Shown: positions 42,588-54,830 of the stretch, one piece after another
Numbering within the stretch: position 1 is the stretch's first letter
How the letters are laid out: every line of letters begins with the position of its first letter
From: Octopus sinensis
Taxonomy: Eukaryota
NCBI RefSeq assembly: GCF_006345805.1
Contig: NC_043015.1
Span: 46,376,001-46,440,000, forward strand
Reading direction: 5' to 3'
Length of the DNA: 64,000 nucleotides
The notes under the pieces: generated by a model
The model's input: only the letters and a program-made list of their open reading frames with translations
What the model was told of the DNA's origin: nothing
The model's database searches: none
Program-made: the position numbers and the translations under genes

Positions 42588-43060
42588 ATGATCATCATCG
42601 TTGTTCGACCGTGGTCGAGACAATGGAATTTACCATGCTACGCCAGACTTCACGGTCCATCATAGCATTACGGAGGTCCTGTTGCTGGATGCCTGTATCC
42701 CTGGAGATTGCATCAGGGTAGGAGAGTGTGCGCCCTCTGGTATTGCGAGTAGATGGCTTCCAGAGGAGAAGAGTAGAAATTACCTCTTTTTCAGCTCTAC
42801 AACAATGTCCGGCAAACTGGACTCTCCTACCTTTCACAAGAGATGACACAGGTGGTAGTTTCCCATATATTTGCATTTTGGCTGGATGACGCTTCAACGA
42901 GAGATTTTGAGCTCTCATAAGGAGGCGAGTGTAGGTTCCATCCAACTGCCTCTCAAGCTTCTTTGATAACGTCCAGGTTTCTGAGCCATATAGTAGAATT
43001 GGTTCGACTGTGGCTTTGAAGATTTCAAGTTTGAAGTCTCTATCACCAAATACTAAGATC
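42588..43060 (-). mobile_element. RTE-clade LINE 3' fragment (intronic, antisense)
   Basis: Stop-free DRDFKLEIFKATVEPILLYGSETWTLSKKLERQLDGTYTRLLMRA...RRVQFAGHCCR...MMDREVWR...*, followed by a (GAT)n-like tail. Confidence 0.9.
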
Positions 43061-44769
43061 TGTGTTTGCATAAAAGTTGTGAGACAAGATGTAGAGGCTG
43101 GACAGTCCGTCGGTTACGACGAGGACGAGTGTTCCAGTCAATTTGATCGTGAAGTTGATGTTGAAGTGAGTGGGTACTCCACAAACACCCGTACCCTTAA
43201 CTGTAGTTCTCAGGGAGATTCAGTTTGATGCACAGAATGTGACAAGGTTGGCCCATTGAAGTACAGGTACAACACTTTTTTTGCCAGATGAGTGGACTGG
43301 AGTAACATAAAATAAAGTGTCTTGCTAACGCGTCGCTGAGAACCGAACTCACAACCTTTCGATCGTAAGCCAAATACACTAACCACTAAGCAACGTGCCT
43401 TCGCTGACAAGATATGTTAAATAATTAAAACTTCACCAGTGGAGAAGAGGAATAATCATTCGATTAACTGGGATGACTGTGTTTCTTCTAGTTTATAGGA
43501 AGCAGGTTGAAAAGGATCGCAATGAACAGGAAACATAGAGAGAGGCATGGGTTGTGAAGAGAGCCGAGAGAGAGAGGGAGAGAGAGGGGGGCAGACAGAC
43601 AGACAGACAAACAGAGAATTTAGTGTGGAGGTGGCATGAGGTATGGGCTACTTGGGGAGAATGGTAGTTGGTATGATAGGCGGCGAGCTGGCAGAAACGT
43701 TAGCACGCCGGGCGAAATGCGTAGCCGTATTTCGTCTGCCGCTACGTTCTGAGTTCAAATTCCGCCGAGGTCGACTTTGCCTTTCATCCTTTCGGGGTCG
43801 ATTAAATAAGTACCAGATACGCACTGGGGTCGATATAATCGACTTAATCCGTTTGTCTGTCCTTGTTTGTCCTCTCTGTGTTTAGCCCCTTTTGGGTAAT
43901 AAAGAAATGGGTATGATAGGTGTGACAGGTGGTAGTGTAGTGTGAGTTGCCCAATTATTTGCAAGACAGGAGTTTCAAATGATGTGTGTGTGTGTGTCTG
44001 TCTGTCTGCCTGCCTGTCTGTCTGTCTGTGCGCGCGTGAGTATGTGTAACCAACATGGGTGTACTAAAGACCCTGTACGATAAGTTCTTAATTTTTTTTT
44101 TTTTAAATCTCCTTCGTGAACAGAAAAGATAAACAAAAGCCAAATGATGACGGTATGATGTTGTTTGACGGAACATTTCGGTTATGTAGTGAGAGAGAGA
44201 TGATTTTTTTTTCTCTCTCACGCAAGTTTTTTTAACGAACTTCTTCCTATATACCTGATCTCAGACTTACAGAAAATCCATCGCCGGATTTTCAACCCTT
44301 TTGGTTGAAAAATTGGAAGCATTGAGATCCAACTTTTCTTTTTCGTCTTTCTACGGGAGAATTTGAACGAAGTAAAAAAAAATCCTCATGGATTTCGTAA
44401 TGTAATCACTGTCAAATCACAGCAGAGACACTATCCTAGCCTCCACTGTGCTACCTTACTTGAGTGGTTGGCACAAACACTTCAACAAGGTTGCTGGTGA
44501 AACAAGAACTACGAACACATCAGCAAATAGTCCAGTTTATTGATTTGGACATTGATGTGCTGGTACAAGGGTTCGAAGATCCGTTTCAAATTGGACGCCA
44601 TTAGATGATTAAAGTTGTACTTCGTTTTTGTATCTGGTTTGCAAGATTCTTTATGTGAATTCGTGTGTTGAAACATATTTTGTTGTGTCTAGCAAGAGTC
44701 ATTACACCATAATAAATTAAATTTATTTATAAATAAGTGGAATTGAATCCAGTGTGTGTGTTAATTATG

Positions 44770-45394
44770 TGGAAGCACTCCGTCGGTTACGACGACGAGG
44801 GTTCCGGTTGATCCGAATCAACGGAACAGCCTGCTCGTGAAATTAACGTGTAAATGGCTGAGCACTCCACAGACACGTGAACCCTTAACGTAGTTCCCGG
44901 GGATATTCAGCGTGACACAGAGAGTGACAAGGCCGGCCCCTTGAAATACAGGTACAACAGAAACAGGAAGTAAGAGTGAGAGAAAGTTGTGGTGAAAGAG
45001 TACAGCAGGGATCACCACCATCCCCTGCCGGAGCCTCGTGGAGCTTTTAGGTGTTTTCGCTCAATAAACACTCACAACGCCCGGTCTGGGAATCGAAACC
45101 GCGATCCTACGACCGCGAGTCCGCTGCCCTAACCACTGGGCCATTGCGCCTCCACTGTGTTAATTTCAAGGCCGGCCCCTTGAAATACAGGTACGACAGA
45201 AACAGGAAGTAAGAGTGAGAGAAAGTTGTGGTGAAAGAGTACAGCAGGGATCACCACCATCCCCTGCCGGAGCCTCGTGGAGCTTTTAGGTGTTTTCGCT
45301 CAATAAACACTCACAACGCCCGGTCTGGGAATCGAAACCGCGATCCTACGACCGCGAGTCCGCTGCCCTAACCACTGGGCCATTGCGCCTCCAC
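44770..45394 (-). mobile_element. SINE family A, tail type 2, plus a partial tandem duplicate
   Basis: Full copy at 44770-45155, duplicated head and body at 45167-45394. The flank tgtgttaatt is repeated. Confidence 0.85.
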
Positions 45395-45544
45395 TGTGTT
45401 AATTATATCGGCATGATGACTCTCCCTAGATACAACAAAATGATAAAGTATTATTGCTGTCGAACAGCTACATCAGTAAATGTATTTACTGTGAAAATCT
45501 TTATATAGATAGCCTGCACAGAGAGTCGTTCGTCGAGGGGCGGT

Positions 45545-45600
45545 GCCTGCCATACGTTGACGAGAGGCAAACACCTTGAAACCTGGGTCCGTATGTGGCA
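45545..45600 (+). ncRNA. Type I hammerhead ribozyme motif (Sm-alpha-like, C3U core variant)
   Basis: Stem I catacg(45551-56)/cgtatg(45590-95); core ttgacga(45557-63); stem II gagg-caaaca-cctt; GAAA(45578-81); stem III cc-tg-gg; GUC triplet at 45587-89. Stem I continues through tgcc/ggca. Confidence 0.75.
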
Positions 45601-45865
45601 TCCGCTTCTTCGGGGAATGATCTCCCTTTGCAGGCTAGAGGACGCCGTGATGGCGTCAGCCCTTCTGGTGACGTTGATGATCGCCTGGGGCTAAATGCAT
45701 CAGTAACACCCCCACCGCCCTGCCCTGTCCCTAGCCATATTCGGATGGCTAACGTCCCTTATGTGATAAAGTTGTGTCTTCCAGAAAAAAAAAGGAACAT
45801 TTGATGTTATTGCTTTTTGTAACTGTTGCTCGGTTTCTCAAGACTTTTGATTGGTTTATTTGCAG

Positions 45866-46136
45866 GCAATTGACATGGACCCGCGCATTACAAAGCATAG
45901 CTGGTATGCAAGTACTGACAATATTTGCTGGGTTTCTATACCGATCTGCTTCTTTATATCATCCTCGTCGGAAGATGCTTTTACACATCAAAAACCAAAT
46001 GAAGACCAGACGCGATCGAGAGGCACAAAAGCCTCCTTATTTTGACTTTCAAGCATTACGAATGCGTGCTCTACTAATGATGTTAATCATCGTGGCTCTC
46101 GTTGGTCTTGGTATCCACGTTCCATTTATATTACTG
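45866..46136 (+). CDS. SLC16/MCT-like gene exon (TM6, short central loop, TM7)
   Basis: tttatttgcag|G completes an AG/G Arg codon with the previous exon (phase 2 match). Donor CTG|gtaagt is phase 0. Peptide [44 protein letters not shown]...[35 protein letters not shown]. Confidence 0.92.
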
Positions 46137-46227
46137 GTAAGTTCTTTGTGAATATACAAAAAATGCGTTTGCTTGCTTGCTTCAGAACCCATCTCACATC
46201 CATTAACAAACAAGTCGAATAGATTAC

Positions 46228-46652
46228 TCTTTTTACTCTCTTTACTCTTTTACTTGTTTCAGTCATTTGACTGCGGCCATGCTGGAGCACCGCCTTTAGT
46301 CGAGCAAATCGATCCCGGGACTTTATTCTTTTTGTAATCCCAGTACTTATTCTATCAGTCTCTTTTGCCGAACCGCTAAGTTACGGGGACGTAAACACAC
46401 CAGCATTGGTTGTCAAGCAATGCTAGGGAGACAAACACAGACACACAAACACATACACACACACATACATATATATATATACATATATACGACAGGCGTC
46501 TTTCAGTTTCCGTCTACCAAATCTACTCACAAGGCATTGGTCGGCCTGGTGCTATAGCAGAAGACACTTGCCCAAGATGCCACGCAGTGGGACTGAACCC
46601 GGAACCTTGTGGTTGGTAAGCAAGCTACTTACCACACAGCCACTCCTGCGCC
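46228..46652 (-). mobile_element. SINE family B, full copy in an MCT intron
   Basis: Reverse complement of 17300-17730. Confidence 0.88.
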
Positions 46653-47032
46653 TGTGTATAAACAAATTTACAAAATCATGTATTATCGTAATATCTTGAT
46701 ATAAATGTACACATTTCTCTTTAATCACACACATACAAGCAAATAACTAAATTTTCTTTCAAGCGAAATAACGGGCATTCATAAATTTTGTTATAAGCTA
46801 TAGCGTTTAAGCATTCAGTTGTGGCCTCAGGTCTCTTTACAAACGTAGCTTCCCTAGTAAATGTATGCAATTATCTATATAGTAACGGCGCATTTTATAT
46901 TTATCATCATTTTCTATAACAATATTAGAATCACACACTAAGTATCACAACTTATTTTCATTTGTAAACTACAACTTATTACGAATTGAGTTCCTGGAAC
47001 GTATAATATATTTTGTTATATTATTTGATATA

Positions 47033-47285
47033 CCGTAAATCCTCGAGTATAATCCGCATTTTCCCCAAAAAATTTAACAGTCAAATTCCCTAGTGCATAC
47101 TATATACGAGGTTAAAAATGAAAAACATTTTCTAAGCAATGTCCGAGTCTTTATTTGCTGTCCGGCAATGTTTATTCAGACGCATTTTGTGATGTCGGGC
47201 GCGAAAATACCTTAAGTTAAGCCTGAAAGCAATGAATTCATACAAGAATCATCCATAACTTGTAGTAAGCAACATTTATTAAAAT
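47033..47285. mobile_element. Truncated copy of the same MITE (one TIR)
   Basis: TA|ccgtaaatcctcgagtataatccgc..., colinear with 59215-59460. Confidence 0.8.
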
Positions 47286-48238
47286 GAAAGTATTCAGAAC
47301 ACAGAATAACATGTAACAAAAACAATTTGCAAACATTTTACATTCTCATATAACAGTTAAGAACATCACCATTATTGTATTACGCATGCGCGGAAGTGTT
47401 TGTTCGACTAGGTACTGCTAAGTTACGGGAACGTAACACACCAGCATCATTTGACAACCGATGCTGGTGTGTTACGTTCCCATAACTTAGCGGTTCGGCA
47501 AAAGAGACCGATAGAAAAAGTACTAGGCTTACAAAGAATAAGTCCTGGGGTCGATTTGCTCGACTAAAGGTGGTGCTCCAGCATGGCCACAGTCAAATGA
47601 CTGAAACAAGTAAAAGAAAATTACATTTAGACCCATTGTGTATTTTCCTGAAACAAATCTAAAAGGAATTTAGCGTCCCTTCTAAGATCTCAAGACTTCA
47701 GAAAACTGTGCAACGAAGTCTGAAACCATAATTATAATTTCAATTATTAATCTTTACAATATTGTATTGGGTGAATCTACCAAGCATAGTGATAGTTTTC
47801 ACACTTATCATTGTCGTAAGATGTGCTTTTTAAATATCCTTGTATGTTCATTTCTGCAACTACATACTAGACACCAGAAAAGTACTGAAATGCAGAAATA
47901 TGAGACATAACGAAAAGTAATGATTTCAAATTTTGGCACAAGGCCAGCAATTGTAGGGGTGGAGGTAAATCACTTACATCAACCCAGTGATCAACTTATA
48001 CTTAATTTTTCGACCCCGAATGGATGAAAGGCAAAGTCGACCTCAGCGGCATTCGAACTCAGAACATTGCTCTTCATGTTAATGGTTCTGCTAGCTCTCT
48101 GCCTAATATAACGAAAAGTAAAAGCAATTTAAATGACAGATGTGCATGAATTGTTTCACAACATAAAACACTAGTCATAGTCTTTAGTATAATATAATCA
48201 TAGTTTACTGAATATCGGATATGTTATGATGTCATGCG

Positions 48239-48545
48239 TGGAGGCGCAATGGCCCAGTGGTTAGGGCAGCGGACTCGCGGTTGGAGGATCGCGGTTTCGA
48301 TTCCCAGACTGAGCGTTGTGTGTGTTTATTGAGCGAAAACACCCAAAACTCCACGAGCCTGCAGCAGGGGGTGGTGGCGACCCCTGTTGTACTCTTTCGC
48401 CCCAACTTTCTCTCACTCTTTCTTCCTGTTTCTTGAGTAACGCTGCAATGGACTGGCGTCCCGTCCAGCTGGGGGGGGGGGACGCATACGCCATATATAC
48501 CGGAAAACCGGGCCCATGAGCCTGGCTAGGCTTGAAAAGGGCGCA
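48239..48545 (+). mobile_element. SINE family A, tail type 3 (Meta-like)
   Basis: Colinear with 29910-30230. Confidence 0.85.
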
Positions 48546-48680
48546 TAAATGAATAAATGATGCCATTCGTTGATTAAGTTTTTAATTTTTTTCCCTAATT
48601 TTAAAAGAATTTTAATATTTTTTATCTGTTACTATGGTATATTATATATTTATATATATATTTTTTCGTTTTTTTTTCAG

Positions 48681-49062
48681 CTACTTACAGCATCCCAACA
48701 CAACGTTAGCGACCACAATCTTTTACTGTTGAATATCTACCTGTGCACGGGTTTCGTTGCCGGATGTTTCGGCTTCGGTTATGTAATTATACGTCAAAGT
48801 AAAGAGTGTTTAATCTCGAGGCGTCACCTATGTCAAACAGCTGCTCTTTCTGCCGGTTTACTCACTGTCCTTCTGCAGTTGGCCGATCATCTCACAGTTC
48901 ATGCCCTTTATGCCTGTGGGTATGGAATTGCTTGTGGAGGTTACTATTACAGCCTGAAGATGTATATCTATCAGTTGGTTAAGGTGAAAATAATGGAGCG
49001 AGCCTGGGGTTTTACTTGTGCAGCCCAATCTATTTCCACTTTGGCTGGAACTTTTACAGCTA
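48681..49062 (+). CDS. SLC16/MCT-like gene exon (about TM8-TM11)
   Basis: Poly-T tract then cag|CTA at phase 0, and donor A|gtaagt at phase 1. Hydrophobic peptide LLTASQHNV...[24 protein letters not shown]...[47 protein letters not shown]. Confidence 0.92.
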
Positions 49063-49449
49063 GTAAGTCAAGTTTTTATTCTTACCTCATCAATTAAAAT
49101 CAGTAAAGAGAATACACACAGCATACAACAGTCAAACATTAAAAAAAAATTGTTGAGTGTATAATGATAAAATTCGGATAAAAGACATGCAAAATAGAAC
49201 ACCCTGTATCGAATTATTTAAAAATTAAACTATTAAATAGGTTTATAAAATACAATAAAATGAAATAAAATAAAACAAAAGTAGAATCGTATACATATGC
49301 ATATAACAGTCGAAGGTTTTCTCAAGCAATATGTCGAAATATATACAATATCTTTGCGATGCGAAATAAATCATGTATTATAAGAAACAAATCCAACAGT
49401 GTGATTAAAAACTAGTCAAGAATCAAAAAATATAAACTATCCATCTAGT

Positions 49450-50434
49450 ATATTGCTAGCCGACATTTTAAATTTAGCTGCGTGTCTGCAGGAATTCAAG
49501 AGTTCGCGTCTTTGATTTAAAGTACTATTGTCCTGGAATAAGATATGATATTTTTCCAGTAGGCTAACTCACGTTTGATGGGTCTTTTATGCGCACCGTG
49601 CCTGTAAGGTGAAGCGCTATCTAAAATTCTCCATGTCACGTTGAAAGGTTGGGCTTCCTTCTCTTTTAATTCGCAGATATATTTTGCCAGGCTGGTCTTC
49701 GTCCTATTTTTGGGGTATCGAAAGGAATTTTTACTAGAATAAAATCGGGTTTTGAAAGAATTTTCAGAAGGCTCTGTATAGGTTCTATATTCGTGTGCGC
49801 CTTCTATCTGCACCTTGGCTCTATACACGATTCCTTTCTCCAGACATTTTCCTTCCAACGGACAGGAGGTCCCATCTTGGCAGTTGCAATTTTTTAAAAA
49901 GAATCGGCACTATGATTATTTGCAATTATCTTATTGTTGTGTTGGTTAATGAAAGAGGCGAAGTTTTTGCAGCAAGAATAGCTGATCTTAAGCGTTCTTC
50001 TATTAAATATTCTATAAAACTTATGGTCAGGTTGAAAATGTCTAGAGACTAATTTTAAGAATCCCTTACCTATATTTGTTTCACAGCCATATTGAAAGCT
50101 GGGTTAAACCACAAAACCTTCCTAGTCCTAATTCTACGCGTAACACTACTGCTAACATTAAGTTGGTTATACTGGATCTTCTCAGAGAATCCATTATTCC
50201 TTAATGCGTATTATAATAAGGAGCGGCATTTTGGAATGCTGCCTCATCCGAAGAAATTGACGATATTCGTCTACCTACATTACTGACTAAGTTCCTAAGA
50301 ATAACTGGCGAATAATTGGATTCTTTGCTAATATAAGATAATTTATCATTAGGCTTACGGTAAGGTTTGTATTTATCCGACACTAAATCTAAATTTACAT
50401 CTATGAATTCATTTATTTTGCTTTTTTTGTTCAT
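49450..50434 (-). mobile_element. Penelope-like element (Naiad-type): RT thumb and GIY-YIG endonuclease fragment
   Basis: FIDVNLDLVSDKYKPYRKPNDKLSYISKESN...RRISSISSDEAAFQNAAPYY, then CNCQDGTSCPLEGKCLEKGIVYRAKV...FKTRFY...TSLAKYICELK (CxCx5C motif and a GIY-YIG-like domain). Frameshifted. Confidence 0.85.
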
Positions 50435-50541
50435 TGCATGCTTAAGACCGTTAATTGAAAGGACAAATGAAACAAATCCATTTTTAAAGGTGTATCCTTT
50501 AACTAGTTTTGAGCATATCGTTATTTCGGTTCTATTTTAAC

Positions 50542-50588
50542 AAAACTGTCCGATGAACGGGAACGTGAAACTCTGAGTAACAGCTTTT
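50542..50588 (+). ncRNA. Minimal type I hammerhead ribozyme motif (U4C variant) next to a Penelope-like ORF
   Basis: ctgt|ccgatga|acg-ggaa-cgt|gaaa|ctc-t-gag|ta|acag. All three stems pair and the cleavage triplet is GUA. Confidence 0.7.
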
Positions 50589-50854
50589 GTTATATTTTCT
50601 GTTATATTTTTAAATAAAGTATATATATATATATATATATACACTCCTTTACTCTTTTACTTGCTTCAGTCATTTGACTGCGGTCATACTGGAGCACTGC
50701 CTTTAGTCGAGCAAATCGACCCCCAGGACGTATTCTTTGTAAGCCTAGTACTTATTCTATCGGTCTCTGTTGCCGAACCGCTAAGTTACGGGGACGTAAA
50801 CACACCAGCATCGGTTGTCAAGCGATGTTGGGGAGACAAACACAGATACACGCG

Positions 50855-50957
<103 letters not shown>

Positions 50958-52075
50958 TATATACGACGGGCTTCTTTCAGTTTCCGTCTACCAAATCCAC
51001 TCACAGGGCTTTGGTCGGCCCGAGGCTATAGTAGAAGACACTTGCCCAAGATTCCACGCAGTGGGACTGAACCCGGAACCATGCGGTTGGCAAGCAAGCT
51101 ACTTACCACACAGCCACTCCTGCGCCTATGACGGACTTCTTTCAGTTTCCGTCTACCAAATCCACTCACAAGGCTTTGGTCTGCCCGAGGTTACAGTAGA
51201 AGACACTTTCCCAAGGTGCTATGCAGTGGGACTGAACCAGGAACCATATGGTTGAGAAGCAAGCCTTTTACTACACAGCTACGCCTGCACTTATGTTAAA
51301 AATTAGTATAAATCAAGGGTTTCAAGTGCATATGTAAATGTTTTTATAGATTATAATAACTGAAGCTAAAAAGAATGAAAAAAGATATTCTCTTTCTTTC
51401 AATAAGTAATCCGTATGTTAATTACTTGTGTACCAATATAGTATCGAATAAGGGCGGCGAGCTGGCGGAACCGTTAGCACGCCGGGCGAAATATGTAGAC
51501 GTATTTCGTCTGCCGTTACGTTCTGAGTTCAAATTCCGCCGAGGTCGACTTTGCCGTTCATCCTTTCGGGGTCGATAAATAAAGTACCAGTTACGCACTG
51601 GGGTCGATGTAATCGACATAATCCGTTTGTCTGTCCTTGTTTGTCCCCTCTATGTTTAACCCCTTGTGGGTAGTAAAGAAATAGGTATTTCGTCTGCTAC
51701 GTTCTGAGTTCAAATTCCGCCGAGAGACTACATCAACCCCAGTACACAACTTGTACTTAATTTATCGACCCCGAAAGGATGAAAGGCAAAAGTCGACCTC
51801 GGCGGAATTTGAACTCAAAGCGTAAAGACGACGAAATACCTATTTCTTTACTACCCACAAGGACAAACAAGGACAGACAAACGGGTTAAGTCGATTATAT
51901 CGATCCCAGTGCGTAACTGGTACTTATTTAATCGACTCCGAAAGGATGAACGGCAAAGTCGACCTCGGCGGAATTTGAACTCAGAACGTAGCGGCAGACG
52001 AAATACTGCTAAGCATTTCGCCCGGCGTGCTAACAGTGCTGCCAGCTCGCCGCCTTAATAATAATAATAATAATA

Positions 52076-52145
<70 letters not shown>

Positions 52146-52760
52146 CCTTTCTACTAAAGGCGCAAGGCCTGAAATTTGGAGGGAAGGGACTAGTCGATTA
52201 CATCGATTCCAGGATTTCACTGGTATTTAATTTATCGACCCTGAAAGGATAAAAAGCAAGATCGACTTCCTTCAGGGCTATGGACAGGCAGACTCATCCG
52301 ACGACCATCGGCAATAATCTGTGCGATATCTCTTCCCGTCCTTTACGTTTTGAGTTTTATTTCCACTGAATTCTATTTCCTCTTCCTTCCGTCCGTCCAC
52401 TGTCGATAAAGCGATTTAATTGTCAAAACCGCTTCTTCAAAATTATAAGGCCTTGAGTCGCTGTTAAAAACAATTCTCATTTAGTTGTTTATTTTCACGA
52501 GAAAAATTGGTAGTTTCAAGGGAGATAACTCTAATTTTACTCTTGCAACGAAGGATTAAGTTCCTTGATTTATTTGTTTATTTATTTATTTATTTATTTA
52601 TTTATCTATTTATTTATTTATTTATCTATTTATTTATTTATTTATTTATCTATTTATTTATTTATCTATTTATTTATTTATCTATTTATTCATTTATTTA
52701 TTTATTTATTAAACTGTCAAGTATATATGATTTCTCTATCTCTCTCTCTCTTTTTTTCAG

Positions 52761-53458
52761 TGTATTTGAATGAATCGTACGAGTCTACATCGGCCGGTTA
52801 TATTTTTGCTGGATCCGCTATGATTCTAGGAGGATTCTGCATGTTTTTTATGCCGATCTTCGAACGACATCCCAGCAACCAAGAAGTAATCGACAGTTAT
52901 CCGAGCACTGTTAGTCAGAATGTTTCTGAAGCTGTAGCTTTGTTGGATATCGATGTTGGTGATGGCATGATGGACAAACCTCTGGAAAACATCCAGTACG
53001 TTGTCTGTCCTGTACATTTAAAAAGCTCCGAAAAAGACGGCAACAAAACACAACTGCAATGTTTAATTCAACAGAAAAACAAACAAAAACAAATAATTCT
53101 CTCCAGGATAAACGAGGAGAAAGATGGCTTCCATTTGGACTTGAAACAATTATCGCCGGTTTCGGCTATCACTAAAATATCTGAATTCCTTAACAGCCGC
53201 AAAGAAGGGTCGAAAAAGGATACCAGTAGCATGTGTGGTGTGTTGCACGAGATCGGTTCGGACAGCATCGTGTCGAATCGATCGGAGCGGTCGAGTAAAG
53301 ACCAATCACGGCGTAGCAGTGAGAAGAGGTTTAGAAGTAAAGGATCGGATGTGGGTCGGGATGATGGGAGTGATCCTCCGAGTGTCGAGAAGGAATCAAC
53401 GGCCACTGTGTCATACGATAGTGATCTTTATGTTAACCTTTGTGAAGCTCAAGTTTAA
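52761..53458 (+). CDS. SLC16/MCT-like gene terminal exon (TM12 and ~200-aa cytoplasmic tail)
   Basis: tttttttcag|TG completes ATG with the phase-1 donor upstream. [31 protein letters not shown] (TM12) is followed by a hydrophilic Ser/charged tail ending ...LCEAQV-TAA at 53456-53458. Confidence 0.9.
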
Positions 53459-53749
53459 AACCCACCAACCCCCACAATCCCCTCCTAACTCCAAATATTC
53501 GCACATTAGCCGGCCCCCATTCCCCCCACCGCACCGGAGGTCCTTTTGCACACCTACCTTATTATTATTATTATTATTATTATTATATTATTATTATTAT
53601 TATTTGTTATGTAACCTGCAGAAAGAAAACACAATTTCGTTTATTTGGTTTAATTAAATATTTCCTAATTATTTATTTACCTACTCATTTCTTCAACAAT
53701 TGAGCGGGGCAAGATTGCATTGAACCGAGGTTTTTTTGAAAAGTAAAGG

Positions 53750-53806
53750 CATGTATGTGTGTATATATATATATTATATATATATATATATTATATATAT
53801 TATATA

Positions 53807-53858
<52 letters not shown>

Positions 53859-53897
53859 ATGTATGTATATATATATATATATAAGTATATATATATA

Positions 53898-53937
<40 letters not shown>

Positions 53938-54049
53938 ATATATATATATATGTATATATAGTATATTATATATATATGTATATATATTATATATATATAT
54001 ATATGATATATATATATATATAGTATATATATATACATACATATATGTA

Positions 54050-54122
<73 letters not shown>

Positions 54123-54135
54123 TATACATATATAT

Positions 54136-54172
<37 letters not shown>

Positions 54173-54175
54173 GTA

Positions 54176-54209
<34 letters not shown>

Positions 54210-54519
54210 CTGATCTATATATATATATATACAATACACACACATATAAATATGTATGTGCACATGTGTGTGTGTGTGTGTAATATTTTTAAGAATTGTT
54301 TCATTTATAAATACACAAACATGGTGAGCACCATAGAACAAAACATGATTGTTGGTGTGTGTGATGTCACCAAAATTCTTATGTGAATTGCCCAATATAT
54401 ATATTTTCTGCAGGATAGTCGCCTATATGCACATGCATGGACATACATATCGCATACATGCCATGTATGTATGCTTATATAGATATATATATGTGTGTGT
54501 GGGTATGCATATATGTATA

Positions 54520-54595
<76 letters not shown>

Positions 54596-54793
54596 ATTTG
54601 TATAATATATATATATATATATTATATATACATATATGTATATATATAATTTATGCATGTGTGTGTATATATATGTATATATATATATACATACATATAT
54701 ATATCTGTATGTATATATATAAATATGTGTATGTGTAGTATGTATATATAATATATATATATATGATATATATATATATATATATATCTATCA

Positions 54794-54829
<36 letters not shown>

Positions 54830-54830
54830 T
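53750..54830. repeat. (TA)n/(TG)n low-complexity tract downstream of the MCT stop codon
   Basis: Seen directly. Similar tracts at 14960-15200, 18090-18660, 22600-22960, 56860-57185 and 62100-62765. Confidence 0.95.

Noticed and set aside
53068-53657. Overlapping ORFs 53068-53406(-) and 53235-53657(+)
   Set aside because: They are shadow frames of the MCT terminal exon running into an (ATT)n repeat.
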